64,000 nt of DNA, taken from assembly GCA_016214885.1 (NCBI GenBank), contig JACRMP010000015.1, positions 13,420 to 77,419 of the forward strand, written 5' to 3'. Below the pieces are notes generated by a model. It was not told the DNA's origin and ran no database searches. It worked only from the letters and a program-made list of their open reading frames with translations. Source of the DNA: Candidatus Gottesmanbacteria bacterium (GTDB lineage: Bacteria > Patescibacteriota > Microgenomatia > UBA10105 > UBA927). Position numbers and translations under genes: made by a program. Below, piece by piece: positions 19,123-27,679 of this stretch (position 1 is the stretch's first letter; every line of letters starts with the position of its first letter).

Positions 19123-19947
19123 ATGCACCCCATCCTGCGGTACGCGCTTCTCGTAATAGTTTTTGTGCTGTCTCCTGTCAGTGTACAAGCGGCACGCGCC
19201 ATAACTATTTCAGTTTCACCCGACCAACTTACCGGGGATGAGCCGCTTACCATAACTGCATCACCATCGGGATTTACTGAGGGGGAGACGGTATATATAA
19301 AGGGTGCATTTTTTGCACCCGGTTCAACAAATTATTTCGGTTTTTCACGGGTGGGGGATGCTTCCTGGGTAAAAAATATAGAAACAGCACTTACCCAGCC
19401 AAAAGTAATAATGGGACTTTGGAATAATTATCTTTCGGTAAAAAACGACATATCGGATAGCGGGTATTTGGGAGAAGGGGAGTATTCACTGAAGCTGGGG
19501 TTTTATTATGTAACGGGAGGTAACGCTCTGTCGCCGGTGCAGTGGTCAACCAATTCGGTCACGGTGGTGTTGCGTGAGCCTCCACCCACTCCCACGGAAG
19601 TTCCTACAGCAACTCCCACCTGCACGCCGAGTCCAGTACCCACTGCTACTTTGTCGCCAACCAAAACACCGTCACCTACGGTAACGCTCACTCCGTTTCC
19701 CGTTGTCATAAGGCAAAAAATCGGGAGAACGGCCACCCGTTCGTCTGATATACTGGGAATAAGCAATCAGCCGTCATCGGCAGAGGTGGCACGACCAGAA
19801 TTGATTGTTCAGCCAACGGAGCAGAATGCATCGCAAAATATTGTTTTTGCATTACTTGCTATCGGTGTCGGATTGGGGCTGTTAGCCAGTGCAATAGCTC
19901 TGCAGCAAAGTCCGTTATGGAAAAACAAACAAAAAAAGAACGGTTGA
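19123..19947 (+). CDS. cell-surface protein with Pro/Thr-rich linker and C-terminal TM anchor
   Basis: Signal peptide, a ~150-aa globular region, the linker PPPTPTEVPTATPTCTPSPVPTATLSPTKTPSPTVTLTP, a C-terminal hydrophobic helix and a basic tail. Confidence 0.5.
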   Translation: MHPILRYALLVIVFVLSPVSVQAARAITISVSPDQLTGDEPLTITASPSGFTEGETVYIKGAFFAPGSTNYFGFSRVGDASWVKNIETALTQPKVIMGLWNNYLSVKNDISDSGYLGEGEYSLKLGFYYVTGGNALSPVQWSTNSVTVVLREPPPTPTEVPTATPTCTPSPVPTATLSPTKTPSPTVTLTPFPVVIRQKIGRTATRSSDILGISNQPSSAEVARPELIVQPTEQNASQNIVFALLAIGVGLGLLASAIALQQSPLWKNKQKKNG

Positions 19948-20378
19948 ACATCAATGTGAGCACTCCTGTTTGGGTGTATTGGCTTCCTGTAGTATGTTGG
20001 ATGGCGGTTATTTTTTTTCTGTCGAGCCGACACAGCGTGACGGTTTCCCCTGAATATTTTTGGAACTTCATGTTTTTTAAAACGCTCCACATCATAGAGT
20101 ATGCCGTACTCTTTACTCTGACATTGCGCGCTACACATCGTTCCGGCGGGACATCCATGAAAAAGTCGGCTTATCTGCGGGCATATATTATTACCGTGCT
20201 CTATGCGATGACAGACGAGATACATCAGCAATTCGTGCCGAGTCGGCAGGGGGCTGTCCGCGATGTTATAATTGACGCCATCGGTGCAGGAGTCGTATGG
20301 TATTACCTTTTGACACAATTACCCAAAGCGCAAAAGACACTCAAAAACTGGGCGAATCGTTTGGAAATTCCTTATTGA
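19917..20378 (+). CDS. VanZ-family membrane protein
   Basis: 153 aa, 4 TM, VanZ-like pattern (...LYAMTDEIHQQFVPSRQGAVRDVIIDAIGA). Confidence 0.6.
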   Translation: MEKQTKKERLNINVSTPVWVYWLPVVCWMAVIFFLSSRHSVTVSPEYFWNFMFFKTLHIIEYAVLFTLTLRATHRSGGTSMKKSAYLRAYIITVLYAMTDEIHQQFVPSRQGAVRDVIIDAIGAGVVWYYLLTQLPKAQKTLKNWANRLEIPY

Positions 20379-20761
20379 AGGGGAGTGGGATCCGCGGGGA
20401 ACCTGCAAAGGTTGTATGTCTCCGGGGAGATTTAGGGAGCGGCAAGACCACCTTTGTCCAGGGAGTGGCCAGAGGACTTGGTGTTACCTCGCGTCTCCTC
20501 TCCCCCACATTTATCATTGTGCGACGTTATGCTATTCCACAACAAACAGGAGAGTTATATCATCTGGATTTATACCGGACGGAAAACGAGAAGGATGCCG
20601 AAGCTATCGGATTTTCGGATATGATTAGTTATCCCGGTGCTGTTGTTATCATTGAGTGGCCGGAGCGATTGGAGGGGTTGTTGCCGAAGAAGCGTACTGA
20701 AATTAATTTTTGGGTGTTGCCCGACGGTGCCCACAGAATATCCGGGAGGAATTATGGATAA
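20297..20761 (+). CDS. tsaE: tRNA t6A37 biosynthesis protein TsaE
   Basis: P-loop LRGDLGSGKTTFVQG, conserved TsaE N-terminus. The long ORF overlaps the VanZ gene by 82 nt. Confidence 0.8.
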   Translation: MVLPFDTITQSAKDTQKLGESFGNSLLKGSGIRGEPAKVVCLRGDLGSGKTTFVQGVARGLGVTSRLLSPTFIIVRRYAIPQQTGELYHLDLYRTENEKDAEAIGFSDMISYPGAVVIIEWPERLEGLLPKKRTEINFWVLPDGAHRISGRNYG

Positions 20762-21344
20762 CCAGGTGCGTCGTGCCATTGAGGTATTGTCTCAAGGGGG
20801 AATTATTATTTTTCCTACTGATACGGCGTTCGGCATAGGGTGCCGGCTTGATAAACCCCAAAGCGTAGAACGGCTGTTTACTCTCCGTGAGCGTCCGCTC
20901 ACGCAGGCCATGCCCGTGCTTGTTGATTCTATAGATATGGCACTCGCCTACCTCGATCGTCCATCAGACATTGTGCGACGTATGATGCAAGCCCATTGGC
21001 CGGGTGGGTTGACGATTGTTGCTCCCTGCAAAAAAAAATTAGTGTACTCCCCTATCCGCGGGGGTGGTGAAACTATCGGTGTCCGACAGCCGGATCATGA
21101 AACGACTATCAGTATTATCCGCGGGGCGGGTGTACCCATCCTGGGGTCGTCTGCTAATTTCCACGGGAAAACAACACCCTTTACGTTTGCCGATCTTGAT
21201 CCGGAGCTTACCGCTTTGGTTGACTATGTCGTGCCGGGGGTAGGGAAAACAACTACAGCCTCCACCGTCGTGGATACAACACGCACTCCCGCTGTGGTTA
21301 TCCGTCAGGGGGCGGTTCTCCTGCGGGAGGATGAGCTGCTATGA
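20754..21344 (+). CDS. tsaC: L-threonylcarbamoyladenylate synthase TsaC (YrdC domain)
   Basis: YrdC fold motifs: IIIFPTDTAFGIGC, KxR, HWPGGLTIV, SSANFHGK. Confidence 0.8.
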   Translation: MDNQVRRAIEVLSQGGIIIFPTDTAFGIGCRLDKPQSVERLFTLRERPLTQAMPVLVDSIDMALAYLDRPSDIVRRMMQAHWPGGLTIVAPCKKKLVYSPIRGGGETIGVRQPDHETTISIIRGAGVPILGSSANFHGKTTPFTFADLDPELTALVDYVVPGVGKTTTASTVVDTTRTPAVVIRQGAVLLREDELL

Positions 21345-21661
21345 AAAAAAATAAAGTAACCTTATTTATAGACACAACCGGCATTCGTGAGGCGCGCGTA
21401 GCCATAGAGGTTAACGGTAAACGTTATGAGAGGGAATCATCCTCTGCTGCCCTGCGGTCACAGGCTGTGCTGCCGCTTATTGAAGAGCTAACTGGCGATG
21501 CCAGCATACAGCTAAGCGATATAACAGGAATTACTGTAGGAGAAGGGCCTGGTTCATTCACCGGCCTTCGGGTGGGTCTTGCAGTTGCCAATATGCTTGG
21601 CGTTCTTCTGGAGGTGCCGGTAAACGGCAAAAAAGCCCTTGTGACTCCCCGGTATTCGTGA
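21341..21661 (+). CDS. tsaB: minimal TsaB-like protein (inactive Kae1/YeaZ paralog, 106 aa)
   Basis: LFIDTTG...ITVGEGPGSFTGLRVGLAVANMLG matches the N-terminal ASKHA half of TsaB. The C-terminal half is missing. Confidence 0.55.
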   Translation: MKKNKVTLFIDTTGIREARVAIEVNGKRYERESSSAALRSQAVLPLIEELTGDASIQLSDITGITVGEGPGSFTGLRVGLAVANMLGVLLEVPVNGKKALVTPRYS

Positions 21662-21724
21662 TACCAATAAAGATACGTAATTATTCCCGCCGTTATTATA
21701 TTTGGCGGGGTAAAGGAGTCATAT

Positions 21725-22306
21725 ATGACCAAAGCAAAAGAAGCCGCAGCACCAGCGAAGAAAACAACAAATCCGTTAGTGTTTGTGGGAGTGGGTTGTC
21801 TTGTTTTATTGGTGCTTCTGGGTGTCGGAAGTGCATTAGCCATGAAATTTTTTGCAAATACGGTAGGAAAGAATCTTGTCGAAAAGGCCATAGAATCCAA
21901 AACAGGGGTGAAAACCAATATTAGTGATCTGGAGAACGGAAAAATGACGTTTACCGACAGCAAAACAGGCGCTAAGGTAAATATCGGTAGCGGCGAGGTT
22001 CCCGATACATTTCCCAAAGATTTCCCTTTGTATCCCGGGGCGAAAGTAACAAGCTCACTATCCGGTGCTGAGTCAGGTGAAGGAAGCGGCTTTTGGCTGA
22101 CGCTTGCGACTCCCGATGCATTGGATAAAGTGACCGCGTATTACAAAAAAGAACTTGCCGCAAGCGGCTGGAATACCGAGTCAACATTTTCGGCAAATGA
22201 TACCACCACCCAGGGGATAAAAAAGGGTGACTGGCAGGGATCTCTTTCCATCGGGAAATCCGATGATGAAACCCAGATAGTTATCATCCTGGGTGAGGAT
22301 AAATGA
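21725..22306 (+). CDS. hypothetical membrane-anchored extracytoplasmic protein
   Basis: N-terminal TM then a Gly/Ser/Thr-rich soluble domain. Good SD (AAAGGAG). Confidence 0.4.
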   Translation: MTKAKEAAAPAKKTTNPLVFVGVGCLVLLVLLGVGSALAMKFFANTVGKNLVEKAIESKTGVKTNISDLENGKMTFTDSKTGAKVNIGSGEVPDTFPKDFPLYPGAKVTSSLSGAESGEGSGFWLTLATPDALDKVTAYYKKELAASGWNTESTFSANDTTTQGIKKGDWQGSLSIGKSDDETQIVIILGEDK

Positions 22307-22370
22307 TCCTGCAGTATAGCTAGGTGCCGTGCCTCTTGCAGGAAATTGGGCTATAGTGGAGTATAGATAT

Positions 22371-23342
22371 ATGCGTCTGTTCCGATTGCTCCACCATTGG
22401 CTTGTTCCCCATGAGGCGAATAACCACCGCGCGAAAGCGCTTCATCATGAGGCGCTTTTTGCCTATGTCCTGCTTCTTGCCGTGTTTAACCTCGGTATAC
22501 GTTATTTCCATGGCAAAATGCCTGACGTTTTGGGATATGCCACGGATATCCGGGTTGAACAGCTCGTTGCAGCAACTAATGCCAAACGCGCCGAATATGG
22601 TTTATCACCGGTCTCGCTAAACGGCGCCCTTTCCGCCGCCGCCGCGGCAAAAGCAGCCGATATGTTTGCCAATAATTATTGGGCGCACAACAGCCCGGGA
22701 GGTAAGACTCCGTGGGATTTTATTATCGGGGCAGGCTACCGCTATACACTTGCCGGAGAAAATCTGGCTAAAAATTTCCAAACGAGCGACGGCGTTGTTG
22801 AGGCCTGGATGAATAGCGAAACGCATAGAGCAAATATCGTTAAAGGGGGTTATAAAGAAGTGGGATTTGCGGTAGTAAACGGCGTATTAAACGGAGAAGA
22901 AACAACACTGGTGGTACAGATGTTCGGAACCACCTCAGCGCCTATTGCCCAGATTCCCAAAGCAGAAGCCGCAGGACCCGCGCCTACTGTCGCACCAACT
23001 ACCGCCCCGGTAGTTGAGGAGGTTGTGCCGGAACCTGTCGCCCTGGTGCCGGCAGAGCCTGCCGCGGTGAACACGACGCCGGCTCCGGCGCCTGCTGCCA
23101 ATTTCGGCTCAGGATTTTCTTTCGAACGGGTGGTTTCAGTGCCAAAGATCAATATTTCAACGCTCACAAGCAACGTAGCACTTGTTGTTGTAGGCCTTTT
23201 GATAGGACTACTTGCCGTTGACGCGTTTGTGATTAGAAAGAAGCGCGTGGTCAGATTGGCAGGTCATAACATCGCTCATATATTATTTTTAATAACCATG
23301 GTGATAAGTGGACTTGGCATCGTCCGCGGGAGTCTCTTATGA
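22371..23342 (+). CDS. CAP/SCP (YkwD-like) domain protein with Ala/Pro-rich linker and C-terminal TM segments
   Basis: N-terminal TM, then CAP signature ANNYWAHNSPGGKTPWDFI...GENLAKNF...AWMNSETHRANIV. Linker PAPTVAPTTAPVVEEVVPEPVALVPAEPAAVNTTPAPAPAA, then two TM helices. Alternative start at 22329. Confidence 0.65.
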   Translation: MRLFRLLHHWLVPHEANNHRAKALHHEALFAYVLLLAVFNLGIRYFHGKMPDVLGYATDIRVEQLVAATNAKRAEYGLSPVSLNGALSAAAAAKAADMFANNYWAHNSPGGKTPWDFIIGAGYRYTLAGENLAKNFQTSDGVVEAWMNSETHRANIVKGGYKEVGFAVVNGVLNGEETTLVVQMFGTTSAPIAQIPKAEAAGPAPTVAPTTAPVVEEVVPEPVALVPAEPAAVNTTPAPAPAANFGSGFSFERVVSVPKINISTLTSNVALVVVGLLIGLLAVDAFVIRKKRVVRLAGHNIAHILFLITMVISGLGIVRGSLL

Positions 23343-23587
23343 AACAGCAGGATTTGCTTAACGCAATTATATTAATCTGTATTTTGGGCGGCGGCCTGTT
23401 TACCTTCTGGACAGCATCGGGCAATATCCCCCTCCAGCTGGTGATTGGAGGAATTACCACCGTAGCGTATGTTGTGTGGGGAATTGTCCATCACATCTTA
23501 TCCGGGGATTTCCATCGGAAGGTTGTGATAGAATATGTCCTCGTGGGCCTGATAGCATTAGTGTTATTGGCCACATTAGCAGTATAA
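23339..23587 (+). CDS. small membrane protein (2-3 TM)
   Basis: 82-aa hydrophobic ORF. ATGA overlap with the upstream gene. Confidence 0.35.
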   Translation: MKQQDLLNAIILICILGGGLFTFWTASGNIPLQLVIGGITTVAYVVWGIVHHILSGDFHRKVVIEYVLVGLIALVLLATLAV

Positions 23588-23601
23588 GAAAGGAGTACGT
23601 C

Positions 23602-24351
23602 ATGAAAGGTGTCATACTTGCCGGAGGATTAGCCACGAGACTGCGTCCGCTTACTGCGGTAACCAATAAGCATTTACTGCCGGTATATAACAAGCCGATG
23701 ATTTATTATCCCCTGGAGATGATGAAGCGGATAGGGATGAAAGAAGTGCTTCTTATAACCAGCGGCGGTCATGTGGGTGATTTTGCCAACCTTTTGCTTT
23801 CGGGAGAAGAATTCGGGCTCCGGTTGTATTATGCCATTCAACAGAACCCGACGGGGGGAATTGCCGATGGCCTCAAGCTCGCTGAGGAGTTTGCGCATAA
23901 CGAACCTATCATGGTTATTTTAGGGGACAATATATTTAACTTTGATCTTACTGCTTCAATAAAGCGGTTTAATGACACCATAGAAAAGGATAAAAAAGGC
24001 GCAATGGTGTTTGGTGTGCATCGGGAAAAACTCGCCCAGCAGTATGGGGTTATCGAAATGGATAACGAGGGTAAGGTGATAAGCATCGAGGAAAAGCCGG
24101 AACACCCCAAGTCTGATATCGCCCAAACGGGCATTTATGTTTATGACAACAGGGTGTTTGATTTCACCAGAACGCTTAAACCCTCTGACCGCGGACAACT
24201 CGAAGTGACCGATCTTAACAATATGTATCTGGCTGAACACTCACTCATGTGCGAGCTTATAGATTGGTGGGTAGACGCAGGTACATCTCATGATGAATTA
24301 CTGCAGGCAAATGTGCAGGTTGCTGAATTTGTAAAACAAGGAAAACTCTAA
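23602..24351 (+). CDS. rfbA: glucose-1-phosphate thymidylyltransferase (short RmlA-type sugar nucleotidyltransferase)
   Basis: MKGVILAGGLATRLRPLT...KHLLPV nucleotidyltransferase N-terminus. Followed directly by rfbB. SD AAGGAG. Confidence 0.8.
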   Translation: MKGVILAGGLATRLRPLTAVTNKHLLPVYNKPMIYYPLEMMKRIGMKEVLLITSGGHVGDFANLLLSGEEFGLRLYYAIQQNPTGGIADGLKLAEEFAHNEPIMVILGDNIFNFDLTASIKRFNDTIEKDKKGAMVFGVHREKLAQQYGVIEMDNEGKVISIEEKPEHPKSDIAQTGIYVYDNRVFDFTRTLKPSDRGQLEVTDLNNMYLAEHSLMCELIDWWVDAGTSHDELLQANVQVAEFVKQGKL

Positions 24352-25367
24352 TGCGATTACTCGTAACCGGGGGAGCCGGATTCATAGGGGCAAACTTCAT
24401 CCTTTATTGGCTGAAGCATCATCCTGACGATGAGATAGTAAACTTCGATAAATTGACCTACGCCGGGAATTTGGAAAATTTGTCCAGTGTTGAAAAAAAT
24501 CCCCGCTACCGGTTTGTACAGGGGGATATTTGTGTATCAAAGGATGTTGTTGCCGCAATGGATGGCATCGATACGGTTGTTCATTTTGCCGCGGAAAGCC
24601 ACGTGGACCGTTCCATTCTTGAGGCGGCACCGTTTATCACCACAAATGTCACTGGCACTCAAGTGCTATTGGATGCTTCCCTCAAAGCAAAGGTAAAACG
24701 TTTCCATCATGTGTCAACAGATGAAGTGTTTGGCGCGCTGCCGCTTAATACGCCTGATAAGTTTAATGAGGCTACGGCATATGACCCCAGGAGTCCGTAT
24801 TCAGCTAGTAAAGCAGGATCGGACCATTTGGTGCGGGCATACTTCCACACGTTCGGACTCCCAGTCACTATAACCAATTGCTCCAATAATTACGGCCCAT
24901 TCCAGTTTCCGGAAAAACTTATTCCGCTTGCTGTCACAAATCTTCTGGAAGGCAGGAAAGTGCCGGTTTATGGGGATGGCAAATACGTGCGTGACTGGCT
25001 ATATGTCGATGACCATTGCAGGGCAATAGATGCAGTGCTCACCCGCGGACGCGTGGGGGAAACATATTGTGTGGGGGGGCTAACCGAAGATGTAGACAAC
25101 CTCACCATCATCAAAAATATTTTAACGATTATGGGTAAGGATGAGTCACAAATTGAATATGTCACCGATCGGCCGGGCCATGACCGCAGGTATGCAGTGG
25201 ACTGGACAAAAATTAATAAGGAGTTGGGATGGAAGCCGGAAAATGATTTCCAAACATGGCTCAATCTTACGGTTGCCTGGTATCGGGATCATGAGGATTG
25301 GTGGAAACGGGTAAAGAGCGGCGCGTATAAAGAATATTACGCAAAACAATACAAAAGCGCCTTATGA
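24351..25367 (+). CDS. rfbB: dTDP-glucose 4,6-dehydratase
   Basis: TGGAGFIG Rossmann motif, YSASK catalytic motif, RmlB-specific TNCSNNYGPFQFPEKLIP. Confidence 0.9.
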   Translation: MRLLVTGGAGFIGANFILYWLKHHPDDEIVNFDKLTYAGNLENLSSVEKNPRYRFVQGDICVSKDVVAAMDGIDTVVHFAAESHVDRSILEAAPFITTNVTGTQVLLDASLKAKVKRFHHVSTDEVFGALPLNTPDKFNEATAYDPRSPYSASKAGSDHLVRAYFHTFGLPVTITNCSNNYGPFQFPEKLIPLAVTNLLEGRKVPVYGDGKYVRDWLYVDDHCRAIDAVLTRGRVGETYCVGGLTEDVDNLTIIKNILTIMGKDESQIEYVTDRPGHDRRYAVDWTKINKELGWKPENDFQTWLNLTVAWYRDHEDWWKRVKSGAYKEYYAKQYKSAL

Positions 25368-25388
25368 CCGGGTAGTGAAACTTCAGAT

Positions 25389-25486
25389 GATTCTGTTCTT
25401 TTCATCCCGTACATAGGCGTTACATGAATAGTGAGGTGCGTGTAAATAGAATAGTGTCATGGGTTGTTAAGGAAAAGAGCAGAATC
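25389..25486. repeat. long-range inverted repeat (15-bp arms, 68-bp spacer) in the rfbB / rmlD-like intergenic region
   Basis: GATTCTGTTCTTTTC (25389-25403) versus GAAAAGAGCAGAATC (25472-25486), 14/15 complementary. Shares the core TGTTCTTTTC/GAAAAGARCA with the repeat at 58088-58178. Confidence 0.6.
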
Positions 25487-25609
25487 AGGTAAATTTATGC
25501 AAAATGCCGTATCACGACTGGAATATAGATTGATTATGGAAGCTTCTGAATCGCTGTCGAAGCGAATGTTACTTCGCGCGGCGTTTTGCCTGAAGTTCTA
25601 CTACCCGGT

Positions 25610-26308
25610 ATGAAACTTCTGGGAACCGGCTTATCAGGGTTGGTTGGGTCGCGTATTGTGGCGCTTCTGTCACAGCATACATTCACCAATTTCAGCCTGG
25701 AAAACGGCGTTGATATAACCGACAGTGCTTCGATTACCCCCCGTATTACCGGTGACACTGATTCCCCTTGGGTATTGCACCTTGCGGCCTACACCAATGT
25801 CCAGCAGGCAGAGGCAGATGCGTTGTTGGGTGAGAATAGTACGGCGTGGAAGGTAAACGTCGCCGCTACCCAAACGCTCGTTGATGCATGCCGCATCACG
25901 GGCAAGCATTTGCTGTATATCGATACCGATTATGCATTTGACGGGGCTAAAGACGTATATTCTGAAGAGGACACACCGCATCCGCTGGGCTGGTACGCCA
26001 AGACTAAATCCGAAGGGGCAATCGCAGCAGCCATAGACGCACTCATGTCCCGCCAAGCCAGCGGTATCTATCATGTGGTGGGGAGTGAAGCCCTTTCTCC
26101 TTATATAGCTGCAGGTATTGTGGCAAAAACATACGGACTCGATGAAGCGCTAGTGAAGCCCACCACCTTTGCTTCTTATTTTGCAGGCAAAGCTCCAATT
26201 CCCCAAAAAGCCGTATTAACAAACGGAAAAATCCGTGCATTGGGGGTTAGCATGCGTGGGTTTGCTGACGGGGTTTCTGAGATGAAACGTCAGGAAGAGA
26301 ATTCCTGA
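25610..26308 (+). CDS. RmlD-like NAD(P)-dependent dTDP-4-keto-6-deoxyhexose reductase (short form)
   Basis: GTGLSGLVG Rossmann motif, VLHLAAYTNVQQAEAD, and catalytic YAKTK. These align to RmlD HxAAxTxVDxAE and YGKTK. Alternative upstream start at 25586. Confidence 0.55.
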   Translation: MKLLGTGLSGLVGSRIVALLSQHTFTNFSLENGVDITDSASITPRITGDTDSPWVLHLAAYTNVQQAEADALLGENSTAWKVNVAATQTLVDACRITGKHLLYIDTDYAFDGAKDVYSEEDTPHPLGWYAKTKSEGAIAAAIDALMSRQASGIYHVVGSEALSPYIAAGIVAKTYGLDEALVKPTTFASYFAGKAPIPQKAVLTNGKIRALGVSMRGFADGVSEMKRQEENS

Positions 26309-26362
26309 AGCTGACGGCACAACGCTGTACACAGAACGATTTATTTCGTATACTATTTGCCT

Positions 26363-27658
26363 ATGACGATAGCATTTGTTGGTCACGGATATGTCGGTTT
26401 AGTAACTGCTGCTGTGTTTGCCGATTTAGGCAATACGGTATGGGTAGTCGGGAGAACGAAAGAGAAAATTGAACGGTTGAAAAAAGGCGACCCGCTTATT
26501 TATGAACCGGGACTTGACGAGCTCCTCAAGAGAAATCTTGCCGCAGGAAGGCTTAAATTTACCCTAGATTATAAGGAAGCGGTAGTAGCATCGGCTGTCA
26601 TATTTATCGCGGTAGGGACCCCTTCTAAGCCAAACGGCGAAGCGGATCTGAGTCAGGTATTTGCCGCCGCAGAAGAAATCGGCAAATCACTGGTAGGATA
26701 CAAAGTGGTGGTCACCAAGAGTACCGTACCTCCGGGAACGGGTAAGAAAGTCGCGGCAATTGTTGAGAAAGTGAAGCCGGACGGATCTTCGTTTGCGATC
26801 GCTTCATGTCCGGAGTTTCTCCGTGAGGGAACGGGGTTATCCGATACACTGCATCCTGACCGGGTAGTGATCGGCACCAATTCCGACCGGGCGCGCGATA
26901 TTCTGGTTGAGCTCCATAAATCCATCGACGGAAAAGCGGTACTTAGTAATGTAGAAACAGCCGAGCTTATTAAATACGCCTCAAACTCCATGCTGGCGAC
27001 TAAAATATCGTTTGCCAACGCCATTTCATTTTTGGCGGAGAAAGTGGGCGCTGATGTGGAAAAGGTACTCGAAGGCGTGGGTCTGGATAAACGCATCGGC
27101 AGAAGTTTTCTGTATCCCGGGGTGGGGTACGGCGGAAGCTGTTTTCCTAAAGATGTCAAAGCGCTTATCGCCATTGCGGGAGAATATGAGTATGACTTCA
27201 AGCTTCTGAGGGCTGTCCACGAAGTAAATAACGAAGCGAGGAGTAATTTTGTCGGAAAAATTGTCCAGCATTTTACCTCGCTTAAGGGAAAAACAATAGC
27301 CGTATTGGGATTGGCATTTAAGCCGGATACCGATGATATGCGCGAGGCGCCATCTACGGATATTATCCACTCGCTTATCGAGAAGGGTGCCAAAATTGCC
27401 GTATATGATCCCATCGCCATGAATAAGGCAAAAGAAAAGTTACCGTCAGGAATACGATTTGCCAAGGATCCGTACGATGCAGCCCGCGACGCGGATGCTG
27501 TGGCAATTGTCACCGAATGGAATGAATTCCGCCAGATCGATCTTGTACGTCTAGCCAAAGGCATGAAACATCTGGTATTATTTGATGGAAGAAACATTTA
27601 CGAGCCCGCGAGAGTGCGGGAGCTCGGCTTCATGTATTACGGTGTCGGTAGAATGTAA
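26363..27658 (+). CDS. ugd: UDP-glucose 6-dehydrogenase
   Basis: IAFVGHGYVGL N-terminal Rossmann, catalytic GGSCFPKDV, UDPG/MGDP dehydrogenase C-terminal domain. TATACT sits 8 nt upstream of the ATG. Confidence 0.85.
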   Translation: MTIAFVGHGYVGLVTAAVFADLGNTVWVVGRTKEKIERLKKGDPLIYEPGLDELLKRNLAAGRLKFTLDYKEAVVASAVIFIAVGTPSKPNGEADLSQVFAAAEEIGKSLVGYKVVVTKSTVPPGTGKKVAAIVEKVKPDGSSFAIASCPEFLREGTGLSDTLHPDRVVIGTNSDRARDILVELHKSIDGKAVLSNVETAELIKYASNSMLATKISFANAISFLAEKVGADVEKVLEGVGLDKRIGRSFLYPGVGYGGSCFPKDVKALIAIAGEYEYDFKLLRAVHEVNNEARSNFVGKIVQHFTSLKGKTIAVLGLAFKPDTDDMREAPSTDIIHSLIEKGAKIAVYDPIAMNKAKEKLPSGIRFAKDPYDAARDADAVAIVTEWNEFRQIDLVRLAKGMKHLVLFDGRNIYEPARVRELGFMYYGVGRM

Positions 27659-27679
27659 AAATTTTTAAGGAGGAAAGAT

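Noticed and set aside
25368-25609. A hidden small gene (rmlC or ncRNA) in the rfbB / rmlD-like spacer
   Set aside because: The only ORF there is a 74-aa antisense frame overlapping the reductase start, with no cupin motifs. No tRNA-like features are present. The region is better explained by the inverted-repeat element.
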